Assembly (NCBI GenBank): GCA_016215205.1 | Contig: JACRKU010000013.1 | Location: forward strand, 29,016-93,015 | Reading direction: 5' to 3' | Length of the DNA stretch: 64,000 bases | DNA from: Candidatus Yonathbacteria bacterium | Lineage (GTDB): Bacteria; Patescibacteriota; Minisyncoccia; Phycocordibacterales; UBA1550 | Program-made: the position numbers and the translations under genes | Shown: positions 44,087 through 53,753 of the stretch, in pieces | Numbering within the stretch: the first letter of the stretch is position 1 | How the letters are laid out: each line of letters begins with the position of its first letter | The notes under the pieces: model-generated | Told to the model about the DNA's origin: nothing | What the model saw: the letters and a program-made list of their open reading frames with translations, nothing else | Database searches by the model: none

Positions 44087-44383
44087 TCAACGGTCGTCTT
44101 CGGGAATCCCCACGACGAGAGATGCTTCGCTCTTTGCGGCGTCTTCTAGTACTTTGCCTCTCCGGTTTTTAGGGAATAAGTTCAATTGTTTCGCTGTACT
44201 ACTTTTCTTCCGCTCTCGCCGCTTCCTTTTGCCGAGAATGCTACCGACTTCGCGGCGAGTTGTCGCCCAGTCGAAATTTTTGTAGTTCTGCATTACTTTG
44301 GCGAATGCGGCATCGAATCCCATTTCTTGCTTTCGCATGACATACGAAACTTCATTTGCCACATCATCGTAGACTGAATCCAC
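44087..44383 (-). CDS. Hypothetical protein (98 aa), basic C-terminal half
   Basis: No recognised domain; KRKRRERKK basic stretch; divergent from parB. Confidence 0.45.
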   Translation of the reverse strand: MDSVYDDVANEVSYVMRKQEMGFDAAFAKVMQNYKNFDWATTRREVGSILGKRKRRERKKSSTAKQLNLFPKNRRGKVLEDAAKSEASLVVGIPEDDR

Positions 44384-44553
44384 AGGTCAACCTCCGTTTG
44401 TAAAGTTCAACTATGACAATTATACCATATTTACAATAAAGTGCAAGCTCCGAAGGTTTGCACAAAATATCCACAGAATTAAGCACTTTTTGGGAATTTT
44501 CAAGTTTGCGAAGACGCACATGTGTGATAAACTGAGAGGATAATTTCCCCATC

Positions 44554-45546
44554 ATGCCAATCGGAATGCCAAATCAAATGTATCAAAATTCAATCTTTTG
44601 GATTGAAATTGACAAGATTAAACCAAACCCTTTTCAACCGCGAAAGGAGTTTGACGAGCACAAGCTTCGCGACCTTGCGGATTCCATAAAACAGTACGGC
44701 ATTTTGCAGCCGCTTGTTGTTACGCGCCGCGAGATTGAAAAGTCCGATGGAGGTCTCGCTGTGGAGTATGAGCTTATCGCAGGAGAGCGCCGTTTACGCG
44801 CGGCGAAAATCGCCGGACTCTCGCAAGTTCCAGTACTTATTCGTATTGGAGAAGAGGGAAAAGAGGAAGAAGACAGGGTGAAGCTTGAGCTCGCCATCAT
44901 TGAAAACTTGCAACGCGAAGACCTAAACCCGGTGGACCGCGCAAAAGCATTTCAGCGTCTTGCCGATGATTTTGGTTTCAAGCATGTGCAAATCGCCGTA
45001 AAAGTAGGCAAGAGCCGCGAGTATGTTTCAAACACATTACGCTTGCTCGCGCTTCCGGAGGAAATGCAGACTGCGCTCGCGGAGCGCAAAATTACCGAGG
45101 GACACACGCGCCCGCTCCTTATGCTTTGCGACCGCAAAGAAGAACAGCTGACGCTCTACAAAGAAATAATTTTCAAAAAGTTGAATGTGCGCGAAGCGGA
45201 GCGTATCGCGCGCCGCATCGCGGTGGAAAAAGTTCGAAAGATAGGGTTAATTGATCCGGAAGTTGCAGAACTCGAACAGGAGCTCACGGAGCGGCTTGGC
45301 ACTCGGGTACAAATTGAAAAGCGAGAAACTGGCGGAAAAATTGTTATCGACTTTTTTTCAAACGATGATGTGCGCAACTTTTTGAAGCGGTTGCACGCGG
45401 AAATGCAGACGGCGCCGCCACTGGGCGAAACTGCCAAAGAAGCGTCAACACCCGCGGCAGCAGACGAGCTTGCAGAAGGCGGGGAAGATGTGATGGAAAA
45501 AGATCCGGACGAGGATATATACAACGTGAAAAATTTCTCGTTGTAA
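44554..45546 (+). CDS. parB: ParB/Spo0J-family partition protein (no adjacent parA)
   Basis: ParB N-domain GILQPLVV...YELIAGERRLRAAKIAGL, HTH, ...IIENLQREDLNPVDRAKAF...; long C-terminal extension. Confidence 0.85.
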   Translation: MPIGMPNQMYQNSIFWIEIDKIKPNPFQPRKEFDEHKLRDLADSIKQYGILQPLVVTRREIEKSDGGLAVEYELIAGERRLRAAKIAGLSQVPVLIRIGEEGKEEEDRVKLELAIIENLQREDLNPVDRAKAFQRLADDFGFKHVQIAVKVGKSREYVSNTLRLLALPEEMQTALAERKITEGHTRPLLMLCDRKEEQLTLYKEIIFKKLNVREAERIARRIAVEKVRKIGLIDPEVAELEQELTERLGTRVQIEKRETGGKIVIDFFSNDDVRNFLKRLHAEMQTAPPLGETAKEASTPAAADELAEGGEDVMEKDPDEDIYNVKNFSL

Positions 45547-45561
45547 GAACATGTTTAGAAG

Positions 45562-45610
45562 ATAGCGGGGTGTCGCGAAGCGACACCCCGCTATTTGTCA
45601 TTTCTTTTTG
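45562..45610. terminator. Bidirectional rho-independent terminator
   Basis: atagcggggtgtcgc-gaa-gcgacaccccgctat perfect 15-bp stem, T-tracts both sides; between convergent parB and relA. Confidence 0.8.
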
Positions 45611-47082
45611 AAAAATTTTTGGGCGATGGCGCCGATTGTGCTCGTCTTGTCAAGATAGATGCGAATGTGTCTCTTTGCCATTGTTGTTTTTGTATAGTCG
45701 AGCCATTTACGCTTTGGGGTCGCGTTTTCTTTTGTCTCAATTTCAACAATATCACCGCTTTTGAGTTTTGTTTCAATGGAGACGAGCTTGCCGTTTATTT
45801 TTGCTCCTGACAAATGGTTGCCTATGTTGGAGTGAATCGCGTAAGCAAAATCTACAGGGCTTGATTCTTCGGGAAGGTCAATGACATCGCCCTTTGGAGT
45901 GAATACGAAAACGCGGTTTTTGAAGAAGTCCATATGCAGATGTTCCATAAATTCATCAGAACCCGCAACTTCCTTTTGCCACTTGGCAAGCTCCTTTACC
46001 CACGCGAGATTTTTATCAATATCCTTGGCGGATTCCCCTTTTTCTTTGTACGCGAGGTGTGAAGCGATACCGAACTGCGCCTCATTGTGCATTTCTTCGG
46101 TACGAATTTGTATTTCAATAATGCCGCCGTCCCCGCGGAAAATAGTGGTGTGGAGCGAGCGGTAGCCGTTTGTTTTTGGTACAGCGATGTAGTCTTTGAT
46201 GCGGCCGGAAACCGGGCGCCAGTGCTTGTGAATGATGCCGAGTGCCCGATAGCAGTCTTCCATAGACTTCACAATTACCCGCACGGCGAGAATGTCGAAT
46301 ACTTTGTCCGGGTCCATATCTTTGCGCGCGAGTTTTTTCCACAAACTAAAAAGATTTTTTACGCGGTAGTCCACGCGTGCGGTTTTGAGACCGTTTGCGG
46401 CAAGTTCTTTTTGAATAGAGCGATGAATTTTTTCGGCATACTTTTCATCGGCAATCCGCTTATTCTTGATGATGGCGAGGACTTGCCCGTGTTCTTTTGG
46501 ATAAGCATAAGGGAAGGCCGCATCTTCAAAGATTGCTTTCCATTTTCCCATACCAAAACGGTCGGCGAGGCGCGCGTGAATTTCAAGTGTTTCAAGCGCT
46601 ATACGCGCTCGTTTTGCTTCGGGCACATGTTCAAGAGTTTGTATATTGTGCAGACGGTCGGCGAGTTTAATTAAAAGCACGCGAATGTCGTGAGACATTG
46701 CAATAAAAAATTTACGCAAACTTTCCACGTGACGCTCCACGCCGTGATACTTGAGTTTGCCGAGTTTGGTGACACCTTCAACAAGCGTAAGCACTTCTTT
46801 GCCAAACTCTTGCTCTATTATTTTTGGCGAAACATTCGCATCTTCTATTGTGTCATGAAGGAATCCTGCCGCGATTGTCGGTGCATCGACATGAATCTGC
46901 GCAAGGTTTACGCCTACATGGGCGACATGGTTGAAGTATGGTTCGCCAGAGTAACGTTTTTGTCCCGCGTGCGCTTTCTCTGCAAACGCGTATGCTTTTT
47001 CGATAAGCTCGCGATCGCTCTTGGTCGGCGACTTCATAAGAGCAATAATTTCATCGACTGAAGGATATGACGGATGAGACAT
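45598..47082 (-). CDS. relA: (p)ppGpp synthetase/hydrolase RelA/SpoT homolog, short form (HD + synthetase + TGS)
   Basis: HD domain (HDTIED), synthetase domain (…GYRSLHTTIF…), TGS (VFVFTPKGDVIDLPE); 494 aa, lacks C-terminal regulatory domains of long RSH. Confidence 0.85.
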   Translation of the reverse strand: MSHPSYPSVDEIIALMKSPTKSDRELIEKAYAFAEKAHAGQKRYSGEPYFNHVAHVGVNLAQIHVDAPTIAAGFLHDTIEDANVSPKIIEQEFGKEVLTLVEGVTKLGKLKYHGVERHVESLRKFFIAMSHDIRVLLIKLADRLHNIQTLEHVPEAKRARIALETLEIHARLADRFGMGKWKAIFEDAAFPYAYPKEHGQVLAIIKNKRIADEKYAEKIHRSIQKELAANGLKTARVDYRVKNLFSLWKKLARKDMDPDKVFDILAVRVIVKSMEDCYRALGIIHKHWRPVSGRIKDYIAVPKTNGYRSLHTTIFRGDGGIIEIQIRTEEMHNEAQFGIASHLAYKEKGESAKDIDKNLAWVKELAKWQKEVAGSDEFMEHLHMDFFKNRVFVFTPKGDVIDLPEESSPVDFAYAIHSNIGNHLSGAKINGKLVSIETKLKSGDIVEIETKENATPKRKWLDYTKTTMAKRHIRIYLDKTSTIGAIAQKFFKKK

Positions 47083-47108
47083 CTTTTTATCTTATGGGAA
47101 TGTGTAAG

Positions 47109-47157
47109 GAAAAGCAAACACCCAGCCTGTCATCTGACAGGCTGGGTGTTTGCTTTT
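47109..47157. terminator. Long perfect hairpin terminator (23-bp stem)
   Basis: aaaagcaaacacccagcctgtca-tc-tgacaggctgggtgtttgctttt; between topA 3' region and relA start. Confidence 0.75.
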
Positions 47158-47169
47158 CCTTACTTCGTT

Positions 47170-47236
47170 TTCTCCAATTTGTGGGGTTTATGATTTGGGC
47201 ACAATTTGTTTGAGCAGCGTTCCGGAATTGTCTTCG
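47170..47236. repeat. Direct repeat copy 1 (~67 nt) matching the 3' end of topA
   Basis: ttatgatttgggcacaatttgtttgagcagcgttccggaattgtcttcg (49-nt identical core) repeated at 47402-47450 inside the topA C-terminal codons. Confidence 0.7.
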
Positions 47237-47373
47237 GTCACGAGTTACTAAGTCTGCTTGAGTGATTACACTCTGCGCGGACTAAGTACTCTCGACCCCG
47301 GCTCGGCTCCCTCGCAAGAGCCTCGGGATGCCTCCGCCCCACGAAGACGATTTGCGCATGCGGTGCATGCTTC

Positions 47374-49560
47374 CTATTTAGACTTCTCCAGTTTATGCGG
47401 ATTATGATTTGGGCACAATTTGTTTGAGCAGCGTTCCGGAATTGTCTTCGTGCCGAGCATCATAAGCGACCCGCACAAGTCGCATACTTTCCCCGTTGGT
47501 TTTGCTTTGATGGCATACTTGCAGTCAGGGTAGTTTGTACAACTATAGAAAATTCCGAAGCGACCTTTGCGTTCGGTCATAAAACCTTTTTTACAAACAG
47601 GGCATGGAACGCCCGTGTGGTTTAGGAGTGCGGCCGTCTCGTCTTTTTTAATAAATTTGCATTTTGGGTAACTTCCGCAGGCAATGAATCTTCCAAAGCG
47701 GCCGTCGCGTTCGACGAGATTTACCTTTCCGCATTTTGGACAAAGCTCGCCCGTGTCGCGCGGGCCGGCGAGCTCGGTGCCGTCTATCATGCGCGCGCCA
47801 ACACACTCGGGATAATTTTTACACGAGAGAAATTTCCCCGTGCGCGCGAGCTTTATAATCATCGGACCGTTGCATTTTGGACACTTGTGTTTTGGGTCTG
47901 CGTCGCCGAGCGTGGTGAGTTTGTCAATCTTGTCTTTTGATTTCACTTCTTTCAAAAATGGTCCGTAAAATTCTTTGAGTACTTTCACATACTCGCGCTC
48001 GCCGTTCGCAATATCATCAAGCTTGTCTTCCATTTCGGCAGTGAACACGTCACTGATGTAGTTTGCAAAATGAGCCTCTAGGAACGAACTCACCACATCG
48101 CCAGTGTCGGTGGGCTTGAGAGCTTTGCTATCTTTAATGACATAGCCGCGGTCAATTATCGTCTTGATGATAGACGCGTATGTGGAAGGGCGGCCGATAT
48201 CGCGTTTTTCGAGCTCTTTCACAAGCCCCGCTTCGGAGTAGCGTGGAGGCGGCTCAGTGAACTTTGCTTCGTCATCCAGAGAAAGAAGGATGAGCGATTC
48301 ACCTGAGGTCAACTTTGGCAGCTCCACATCCTCACCGCGCGAGTCTGTGTCTGCGGCGAGCCAACCTGGCATAATGACGCGAGAACCGGTAACGGAAAAA
48401 TTGGGTATTGAAAAATCACGGACATTGGCGAGAATGGTTGTGCGGGCGAGTTTTGCGTCAATCATCTGCGATGCGATGGTACGCGCCCAGATGAGTCGAT
48501 AAAGTTTTTTCTCTTCAGGGTTGATACCGAGGTCGTCCTTGCTCATGTCGGTGGGGCGAATAGCTTCGTGCGCCTCTTGCGCATTTTTGCTTTTAGTTTT
48601 AAACACGCGTGCTTCCGCGGATTGCGCGCCGTATCTCTTTGTTACTTCAGCGATGACGGCTTTTTGCGCGTCTAAAGAGAGTGTTGTGCTATCGGTACGC
48701 ATATATGTTATGAAACCCCTTTCGTAAAGTTTTTGAGCGATACCCATCGTGCGTGACGGCGCAAAGCCAAAACGCGAAGAGCCTGCTTGTTGAAGTGTGG
48801 ATGTAATGAACGGCGCTTTTGGCGCACGACTGACTTCGCTTTCTTTTACTTCTCGCACAACCCACTGATTTGCGCGCCCGATTTTTAAAATATTTTTTAC
48901 GATTGACTCATCACGCGGCTCCTCCGTACACGAAAGTAGAAGCTCAACACCTTTTCCCGTCTTTACTTTTGCGCTGAGCGACCAGTACGCCTCGGGAATA
49001 AACGCGCGGATTTCACGCTCGCGCTCCATAATGATGCGGAGGGCGGGGGACTGCACTCGCCCAGCCGAAAGACCGTAGCGTACTTTTTTCCAGATGAGCC
49101 CCGAGAGGTCATAGCCCACGAGCCGGTCGAGCACACGACGCGCCTCCTGAGCAACGCGCAAGTTTTCATCAATTAAGCGCGGATGCTTGAGAGCCTCTTC
49201 AATCGCACTTTTTGTAATTTCGTGAAAAACAATTCGCTTTGGTTTTTTCAAACCGCACGCTTCTTTGATGTGCCATGCTATAGCCTCGCCTTCGCGGTCA
49301 GGGTCGGTCGCAAGAAGCACTTCGCTCGCTTTTTTTGCAAGCACATCAATCTCGTGTACCACCTCGGCTTTACCTTTTGAAATTTCATAATGCGGAATAA
49401 AGCCGCCGGGGATGTCGATAGCTTTCTTATTGCTCTTTGGAAGGTCGCGAATATGCCCCACGCTCGCTTTTACGACATATTCGTTGCCCAAATATTTTCC
49501 AATCGTCTTCGCTTTTGACGGCGACTCGACAATGAGAAGTTTGTATTGTTTAACGGTCAT
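47374..49560 (-). CDS. topA: DNA topoisomerase I
   Basis: TOPRIM N-terminus, catalytic Tyr region, multiple C-terminal zinc ribbons (CPKCNGPM, CPKCGKVNL, CPVCKKGFM, CDLCGSLM). Confidence 0.95.
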   Translation of the reverse strand: MTVKQYKLLIVESPSKAKTIGKYLGNEYVVKASVGHIRDLPKSNKKAIDIPGGFIPHYEISKGKAEVVHEIDVLAKKASEVLLATDPDREGEAIAWHIKEACGLKKPKRIVFHEITKSAIEEALKHPRLIDENLRVAQEARRVLDRLVGYDLSGLIWKKVRYGLSAGRVQSPALRIIMEREREIRAFIPEAYWSLSAKVKTGKGVELLLSCTEEPRDESIVKNILKIGRANQWVVREVKESEVSRAPKAPFITSTLQQAGSSRFGFAPSRTMGIAQKLYERGFITYMRTDSTTLSLDAQKAVIAEVTKRYGAQSAEARVFKTKSKNAQEAHEAIRPTDMSKDDLGINPEEKKLYRLIWARTIASQMIDAKLARTTILANVRDFSIPNFSVTGSRVIMPGWLAADTDSRGEDVELPKLTSGESLILLSLDDEAKFTEPPPRYSEAGLVKELEKRDIGRPSTYASIIKTIIDRGYVIKDSKALKPTDTGDVVSSFLEAHFANYISDVFTAEMEDKLDDIANGEREYVKVLKEFYGPFLKEVKSKDKIDKLTTLGDADPKHKCPKCNGPMIIKLARTGKFLSCKNYPECVGARMIDGTELAGPRDTGELCPKCGKVNLVERDGRFGRFIACGSYPKCKFIKKDETAALLNHTGVPCPVCKKGFMTERKGRFGIFYSCTNYPDCKYAIKAKPTGKVCDLCGSLMMLGTKTIPERCSNKLCPNHNPHKLEKSK
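47384..47450. repeat. Direct repeat copy 2 (inside topA 3' coding end)
   Basis: Identical 49-nt core plus similar flanks; encodes ...MLGTKTIPERCSNKLCPNHN on minus strand. Confidence 0.7.
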
Positions 49561-49599
49561 TGAGATACATTAGTACTATAGAGTGATTTATTTTGCAAA

Positions 49600-50487
49600 T
49601 TATTTAACTTTTTCTATTTTTCCCATTCGTTCTTGAATCACGCCTTTGATTTCTAAAACAGTAAGAATGGAAAGTGTTTGCGCGGGCGGAGTGTCGAGCG
49701 ATGCGAGAAGTTCCTCGCGCTCGCGGGGCTCATCTAATAGTATGAGCACCGCTTGTTCTTCGCGGGTAAAAAGCGTGAGGTCGAGGGTGCCGATAGCTTG
49801 TTCTATAAAACCAAGCTCCTCAAGTAAATTCTTTGCCGATGTGATAGGTGTCGCGCCTTGGCGCAATAAATTGTTTGTACCTTTTGATGTTGCTGAAAAA
49901 ATAGGTCCCGGAACCACAAATACATTTCTATTGTAGTCGAGTGCCATGCGTGCAGTGATAAGCGTTCCCGACTTTTCCTCAGCTTCTATGATAAGTACTC
50001 CTTGTGAGAGCCCAGCCATGATTCTGTTTCGCTGGGGGAAGCTCCACGGTGCTGCGCGGAAGTCTGGTTCGTATTCAGAAAGAAGCGCTCCGTCATTTTT
50101 GACAATCTCACGGGCGAGGTTTAAATGCGTACGCGGGTAAATAACTTTCGGATTAAGGCCTGAGCCGGGGATGGCGACCGTGCGAAGCCCTGCGTCTAGT
50201 GCGGCACGATGCGCAATGCCGTCGATCCCCATAGCAAGCCCCGACACGATACAAATAGGATACCCCGCAAGCCCCTTGATAATCCGCTCGCACGCCTCGC
50301 GCCCGTAGCTCGTGTATTTCCGTGAGCCCACGACCGACAAATAGTAGTAATCGGCAGGATCTGGAAGTTTCCCCGCGAGGAAGAGCTTTTCAGGAACTTG
50401 TGGAATTTCTAGCAGAGCAGGCGGGAATTCGTCCTGCGGAAGCGTACTTATCGCATACAAATGTGCATCGCTCATAATTTTACTCAT
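49600..50487 (-). CDS. dprA: DNA processing protein DprA (Smf)
   Basis: Rossmann-like DprA core: VVGSRKYTSYGREA, IVSGLAMGIDGIAHRAAL, TVAIPGSGL; start set at MSKIM (50487) to avoid overlap with serS. Confidence 0.85.
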   Translation of the reverse strand: MSKIMSDAHLYAISTLPQDEFPPALLEIPQVPEKLFLAGKLPDPADYYYLSVVGSRKYTSYGREACERIIKGLAGYPICIVSGLAMGIDGIAHRAALDAGLRTVAIPGSGLNPKVIYPRTHLNLAREIVKNDGALLSEYEPDFRAAPWSFPQRNRIMAGLSQGVLIIEAEEKSGTLITARMALDYNRNVFVVPGPIFSATSKGTNNLLRQGATPITSAKNLLEELGFIEQAIGTLDLTLFTREEQAVLILLDEPREREELLASLDTPPAQTLSILTVLEIKGVIQERMGKIEKVK

Positions 50488-50518
50488 TCTATCATGTTTG
50501 CTATACTCAGTCATACAT

Positions 50519-51784
50519 ATGTTGGACATCAAATTCATTCGTGAAAATGCAGACCTTGTGAAAGCGGCAGCGGTTAAAAAGAACATTGCCTTTGATGTGG
50601 CGGAGCTTTTGGCTGCGGATGATTCTCGCCGCACTCTTCTACTTGAAGTAGAAACAATGCGCAGTAAACAAAACGAAATTGCAAATGCCGTACCGCGCGC
50701 CACAGACACCAAAGAACGCGAACGCCTGATTTCTGAATCAAAATCAATGAAAGATGTCCTTCAAAAAAAAGAAGTCGAGCTTCAGGAAGTGATGAAAACA
50801 TGGCACGGGCTTATGGTGCAGGTGCCTAATATTCCCGATGTGTCGGTGCCGGAAGGCAAAGAAGATTCTGACAATGTGGAAGTGCGCACATGGGGCTCAA
50901 TTCCGAAATTTGATTTTACTCCCAAAGACCACATTGAACTTTTTGAAAAACACGGTATGGCGGACTTTGAGCGCGGCACAAAAGTTGCCGGTTTTCGCGG
51001 ATATGTTTTGAAGAGCGATGGCGCGCGGCTTGTTTTTGCTCTTTCGCAATTTGTACTCAACGAACTTTCAAAAGAAGGATTTGAGCCGATGATTGTGCCA
51101 TCACTCGTGCGTCGTGCGCCACTTATTGGTACCGGTTTTTTGCCGCAAGGAGAAGAAGATTTATATAAAACACAGGATGGCGACTTTCTTGCGGGCACTG
51201 CCGAGGTGGCAACGATGGGCTACCACATGGATGAAGTTTTGAACATCTCTGATTTTCCGAAAAAATATATTTCATTCTCGCCGAGTTTTAGGCGCGAAGC
51301 GGGAAGCCACAGCAAAGACACAAAAGGACTTATCCGTGTCCACGAGTTTTTCAAATGGGAGCAAGTCATTTTGTGCGAGGCAAGCCATGAGCAAAGCGTA
51401 AAATTCCACGAATACCTCACCGAAAACTCCGAAAAGCTGATGCAGAAACTCGGCATTCCGTATCACATAGTATTGAACTGCGGCGGCGACCTTGGTCTCG
51501 GTCAAGTAAAGAAATACGACATTGAAGCATGGGTTCCTTCGCAAAACACCTACCGCGAGACGCACTCCGCTTCATACTTTCATGATTTTCAAACACGCCG
51601 CCTGAACATTCGCTACAAGGATGCCAACGGCAAGCTTCGTTTTGCGCACTCGCTCAATAACACAGCCATTGCGATGCCGCGCATTCTTGTGCCGCTTGTT
51701 GAAAATTTCCAGCAGGCGGATGGTAGCATTACTATCCCCGAAGTTCTGCGTCCATATATGGGCGGGAAACATAAGATTGGGTAG
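50519..51784 (+). CDS. serS: Seryl-tRNA synthetase
   Basis: MLDIKFIRENADLV N-terminal coiled coil; class II motifs (FRREAGSHSKDTKGLIRVHEF, GYHMDEV...). Confidence 0.9.
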   Translation: MLDIKFIRENADLVKAAAVKKNIAFDVAELLAADDSRRTLLLEVETMRSKQNEIANAVPRATDTKERERLISESKSMKDVLQKKEVELQEVMKTWHGLMVQVPNIPDVSVPEGKEDSDNVEVRTWGSIPKFDFTPKDHIELFEKHGMADFERGTKVAGFRGYVLKSDGARLVFALSQFVLNELSKEGFEPMIVPSLVRRAPLIGTGFLPQGEEDLYKTQDGDFLAGTAEVATMGYHMDEVLNISDFPKKYISFSPSFRREAGSHSKDTKGLIRVHEFFKWEQVILCEASHEQSVKFHEYLTENSEKLMQKLGIPYHIVLNCGGDLGLGQVKKYDIEAWVPSQNTYRETHSASYFHDFQTRRLNIRYKDANGKLRFAHSLNNTAIAMPRILVPLVENFQQADGSITIPEVLRPYMGGKHKIG

Positions 51785-51786
51785 TA

Positions 51787-51840
51787 TACCATCCTCAAAA
51801 AATCTATGTACAGTTATTCAAAAATTTTTTGAGGATGGTA
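51787..51840 (+). terminator. Rho-independent terminator overlapping a TATAAT -10 box
   Basis: taccatcctcaaaaaat...attttttgaggatggta 17-bp stem; 3' arm runs into TATAAT (51839-51844) 7 nt before ATG 51851. Confidence 0.7.
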
Positions 51841-51850
51841 TAATTTAAAT

Positions 51851-52711
51851 ATGACACGCTTTGGCAATCTCTTTGCGCGCCTTCACGATCAATTTGGTGT
51901 ATGGTTTAGTCGAATGTTTATTATAGCCCTTCTTTCTTTTTTGTTTTTTGTCGCACTGGGCGGCGTATCACACAATAGTAAGTGGCAAATTTTCCAAATT
52001 AAGGTAACAGGGGCAACCACTATTTCTTCGGACACAGTACGCTCGCTCGCACTTGAAAAGATTCTTGGAAATTATTTTCTTGTGTATGCGCGGAATAACA
52101 GCTTTTTGTTTCCTATTGGAGAAATAGAACAATCGCTTCTTGATTTGTATCCACAGATTGCGAGTGTTTCAGTAAATCGCATTGATGATCATTCTATAGT
52201 AATAAATATTTCTGAACGCAAGCCGTACGCGCTATGGTGCGGGGAAGAATTTAGTTTGATACCGCGCGAACTTATTGATTGTTGGTTTATCGATAACAAT
52301 GGTTTTATATTTGACCAAGCGCCGGTGTTTTCTAGCGGGGTTTATCTTGAGGTATATTCCAAATTAATTGAAAAAAACGAGGGTGAGCCATTGCGCGCCG
52401 GAGTTCCTTATGAGCGATTTTATGCCGCGGATTCTTTTGTAAAACTTTTGCGCGAGGAAGTCGGCGAGCCGCTTCGCGTCAGTTTGAAACCCGAAGGAGA
52501 AGCCGAGGTTACTTTGCGCACGAGCGCGATATACCCGTTTCTTGCTGGAGTCATCGTACGATTCAAAGACGAAGAGATTCCGCAAACGCTCGTAAAAACT
52601 TTGCGCGCGGCAATTTCCAGAGAGTTTCCCGATAACACAGCGTTAAAAAAGAAGCTTCTTTACATTGATATGCGCTTTGGAAATAAAATTTTCTTTGGGT
52701 TTGAAAACTGA
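51851..52711 (+). CDS. ftsQ: Cell division protein FtsQ/DivIB-like (POTRA domain)
   Basis: Short cytoplasmic N-terminus, TM (MFIIALLSFLFFVALGG), POTRA-like segment (...SLLDLYPQIASVSVNRIDDHSIVINISERKPYALW). Confidence 0.6.
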   Translation: MTRFGNLFARLHDQFGVWFSRMFIIALLSFLFFVALGGVSHNSKWQIFQIKVTGATTISSDTVRSLALEKILGNYFLVYARNNSFLFPIGEIEQSLLDLYPQIASVSVNRIDDHSIVINISERKPYALWCGEEFSLIPRELIDCWFIDNNGFIFDQAPVFSSGVYLEVYSKLIEKNEGEPLRAGVPYERFYAADSFVKLLREEVGEPLRVSLKPEGEAEVTLRTSAIYPFLAGVIVRFKDEEIPQTLVKTLRAAISREFPDNTALKKKLLYIDMRFGNKIFFGFEN

Positions 52712-52734
52712 CAAACTGTGCTAGAGTATCCGCA

Positions 52735-53733
52735 ATGAATAATGACACCCAAAAACCAATTATGGGGTTCTGGGCAAACTTGCCAAAACCATTTTTTGTG
52801 TCTGCGCCAATGGCGGATGTAACAGATGCGGCGTTTCGTCAGATGATTGCAAAGTACAGCAGACACGGTGAGAAGGGCGGTGGGCCTGATGTATTTTGGA
52901 CGGAATTTGTTTCTGCAGATGGTCTCTGTAGCGCAGGGCGCGAAGCTTTGAAACGCGATCTCGCGTTTAGCGACCGCGAGCATCCAATCATTGCGCAGAT
53001 TTTTGGTTCTACGCCGGAGCACATGAAAAAGACCGCACAGCTCATCAAGGAACTTGGATTTGATGGCATTGATATCAATATGGGTTGCCCCGATAAAAGT
53101 ATCGAGAAGCAAGGAGCCGGTGCGGCGCATATAAAGAACCCGAAACTTGCGCAAGAAATTATTCGCGCGACAATAGAGGGCGCAGGAGGACTTCCCGTGT
53201 CGGTCAAAACTCGCATCGGGTACAACAAAGAAAATCTTGAAGAGTGGCTTGGCGCGATACTTGAAACAAAACCAGCGGCCATCACTGTGCATGCGCGTAC
53301 GCGCAAAGAGCTTTCGCTTGTGCCTGCGCGTTGGGAGGAAGTTCGGCGCGCCGTGAAGCTCGCCCGAGGCACAGGCACACTTATTATTGGCAATGGAGAT
53401 GTGAAGGACATTGACGATGCAAACGAGAAAGCGTTGACAACGGGCGCAGACGGCGTGATGCTTGGTCGCGCGATGTTTGGCACACCGTGGCTTTTTGACC
53501 GGCTCCGCAAATGGCCGCCGACTCTTGAAGAAAAATTTGAAATACTCATCGAACACACCCATCTTTTTGAAAAACTTTTGGGCGATATTAAAAACTTCGC
53601 GATTATGAAAAAGCATTACAAGGCGTATGTGAACGGTTTTGATGGCGCGAAAGAGCTTCGCGTGAGAATAATGGACGCGAAAAATGCCGACGAGGTAGAG
53701 CGCATTGTCCGCGATTTTCTCAAGTCACTTTAG
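52735..53733 (+). CDS. dus: tRNA-dihydrouridine synthase
   Basis: FVSAPMADVTDAAFR..., DINMGCP, TIM-barrel Dus pattern with C-terminal helical domain. Confidence 0.85.
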   Translation: MNNDTQKPIMGFWANLPKPFFVSAPMADVTDAAFRQMIAKYSRHGEKGGGPDVFWTEFVSADGLCSAGREALKRDLAFSDREHPIIAQIFGSTPEHMKKTAQLIKELGFDGIDINMGCPDKSIEKQGAGAAHIKNPKLAQEIIRATIEGAGGLPVSVKTRIGYNKENLEEWLGAILETKPAAITVHARTRKELSLVPARWEEVRRAVKLARGTGTLIIGNGDVKDIDDANEKALTTGADGVMLGRAMFGTPWLFDRLRKWPPTLEEKFEILIEHTHLFEKLLGDIKNFAIMKKHYKAYVNGFDGAKELRVRIMDAKNADEVERIVRDFLKSL

Positions 53734-53753
53734 TTTGTTATACTATTGTTACA

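Noticed and set aside
50487-50712. Long N-terminal extension of dprA (first 75 codons of the track ORF)
   Set aside because: It would overlap the divergent serS start region and is not DprA-like. An internal start at MSKIM (50487) fits homolog length.
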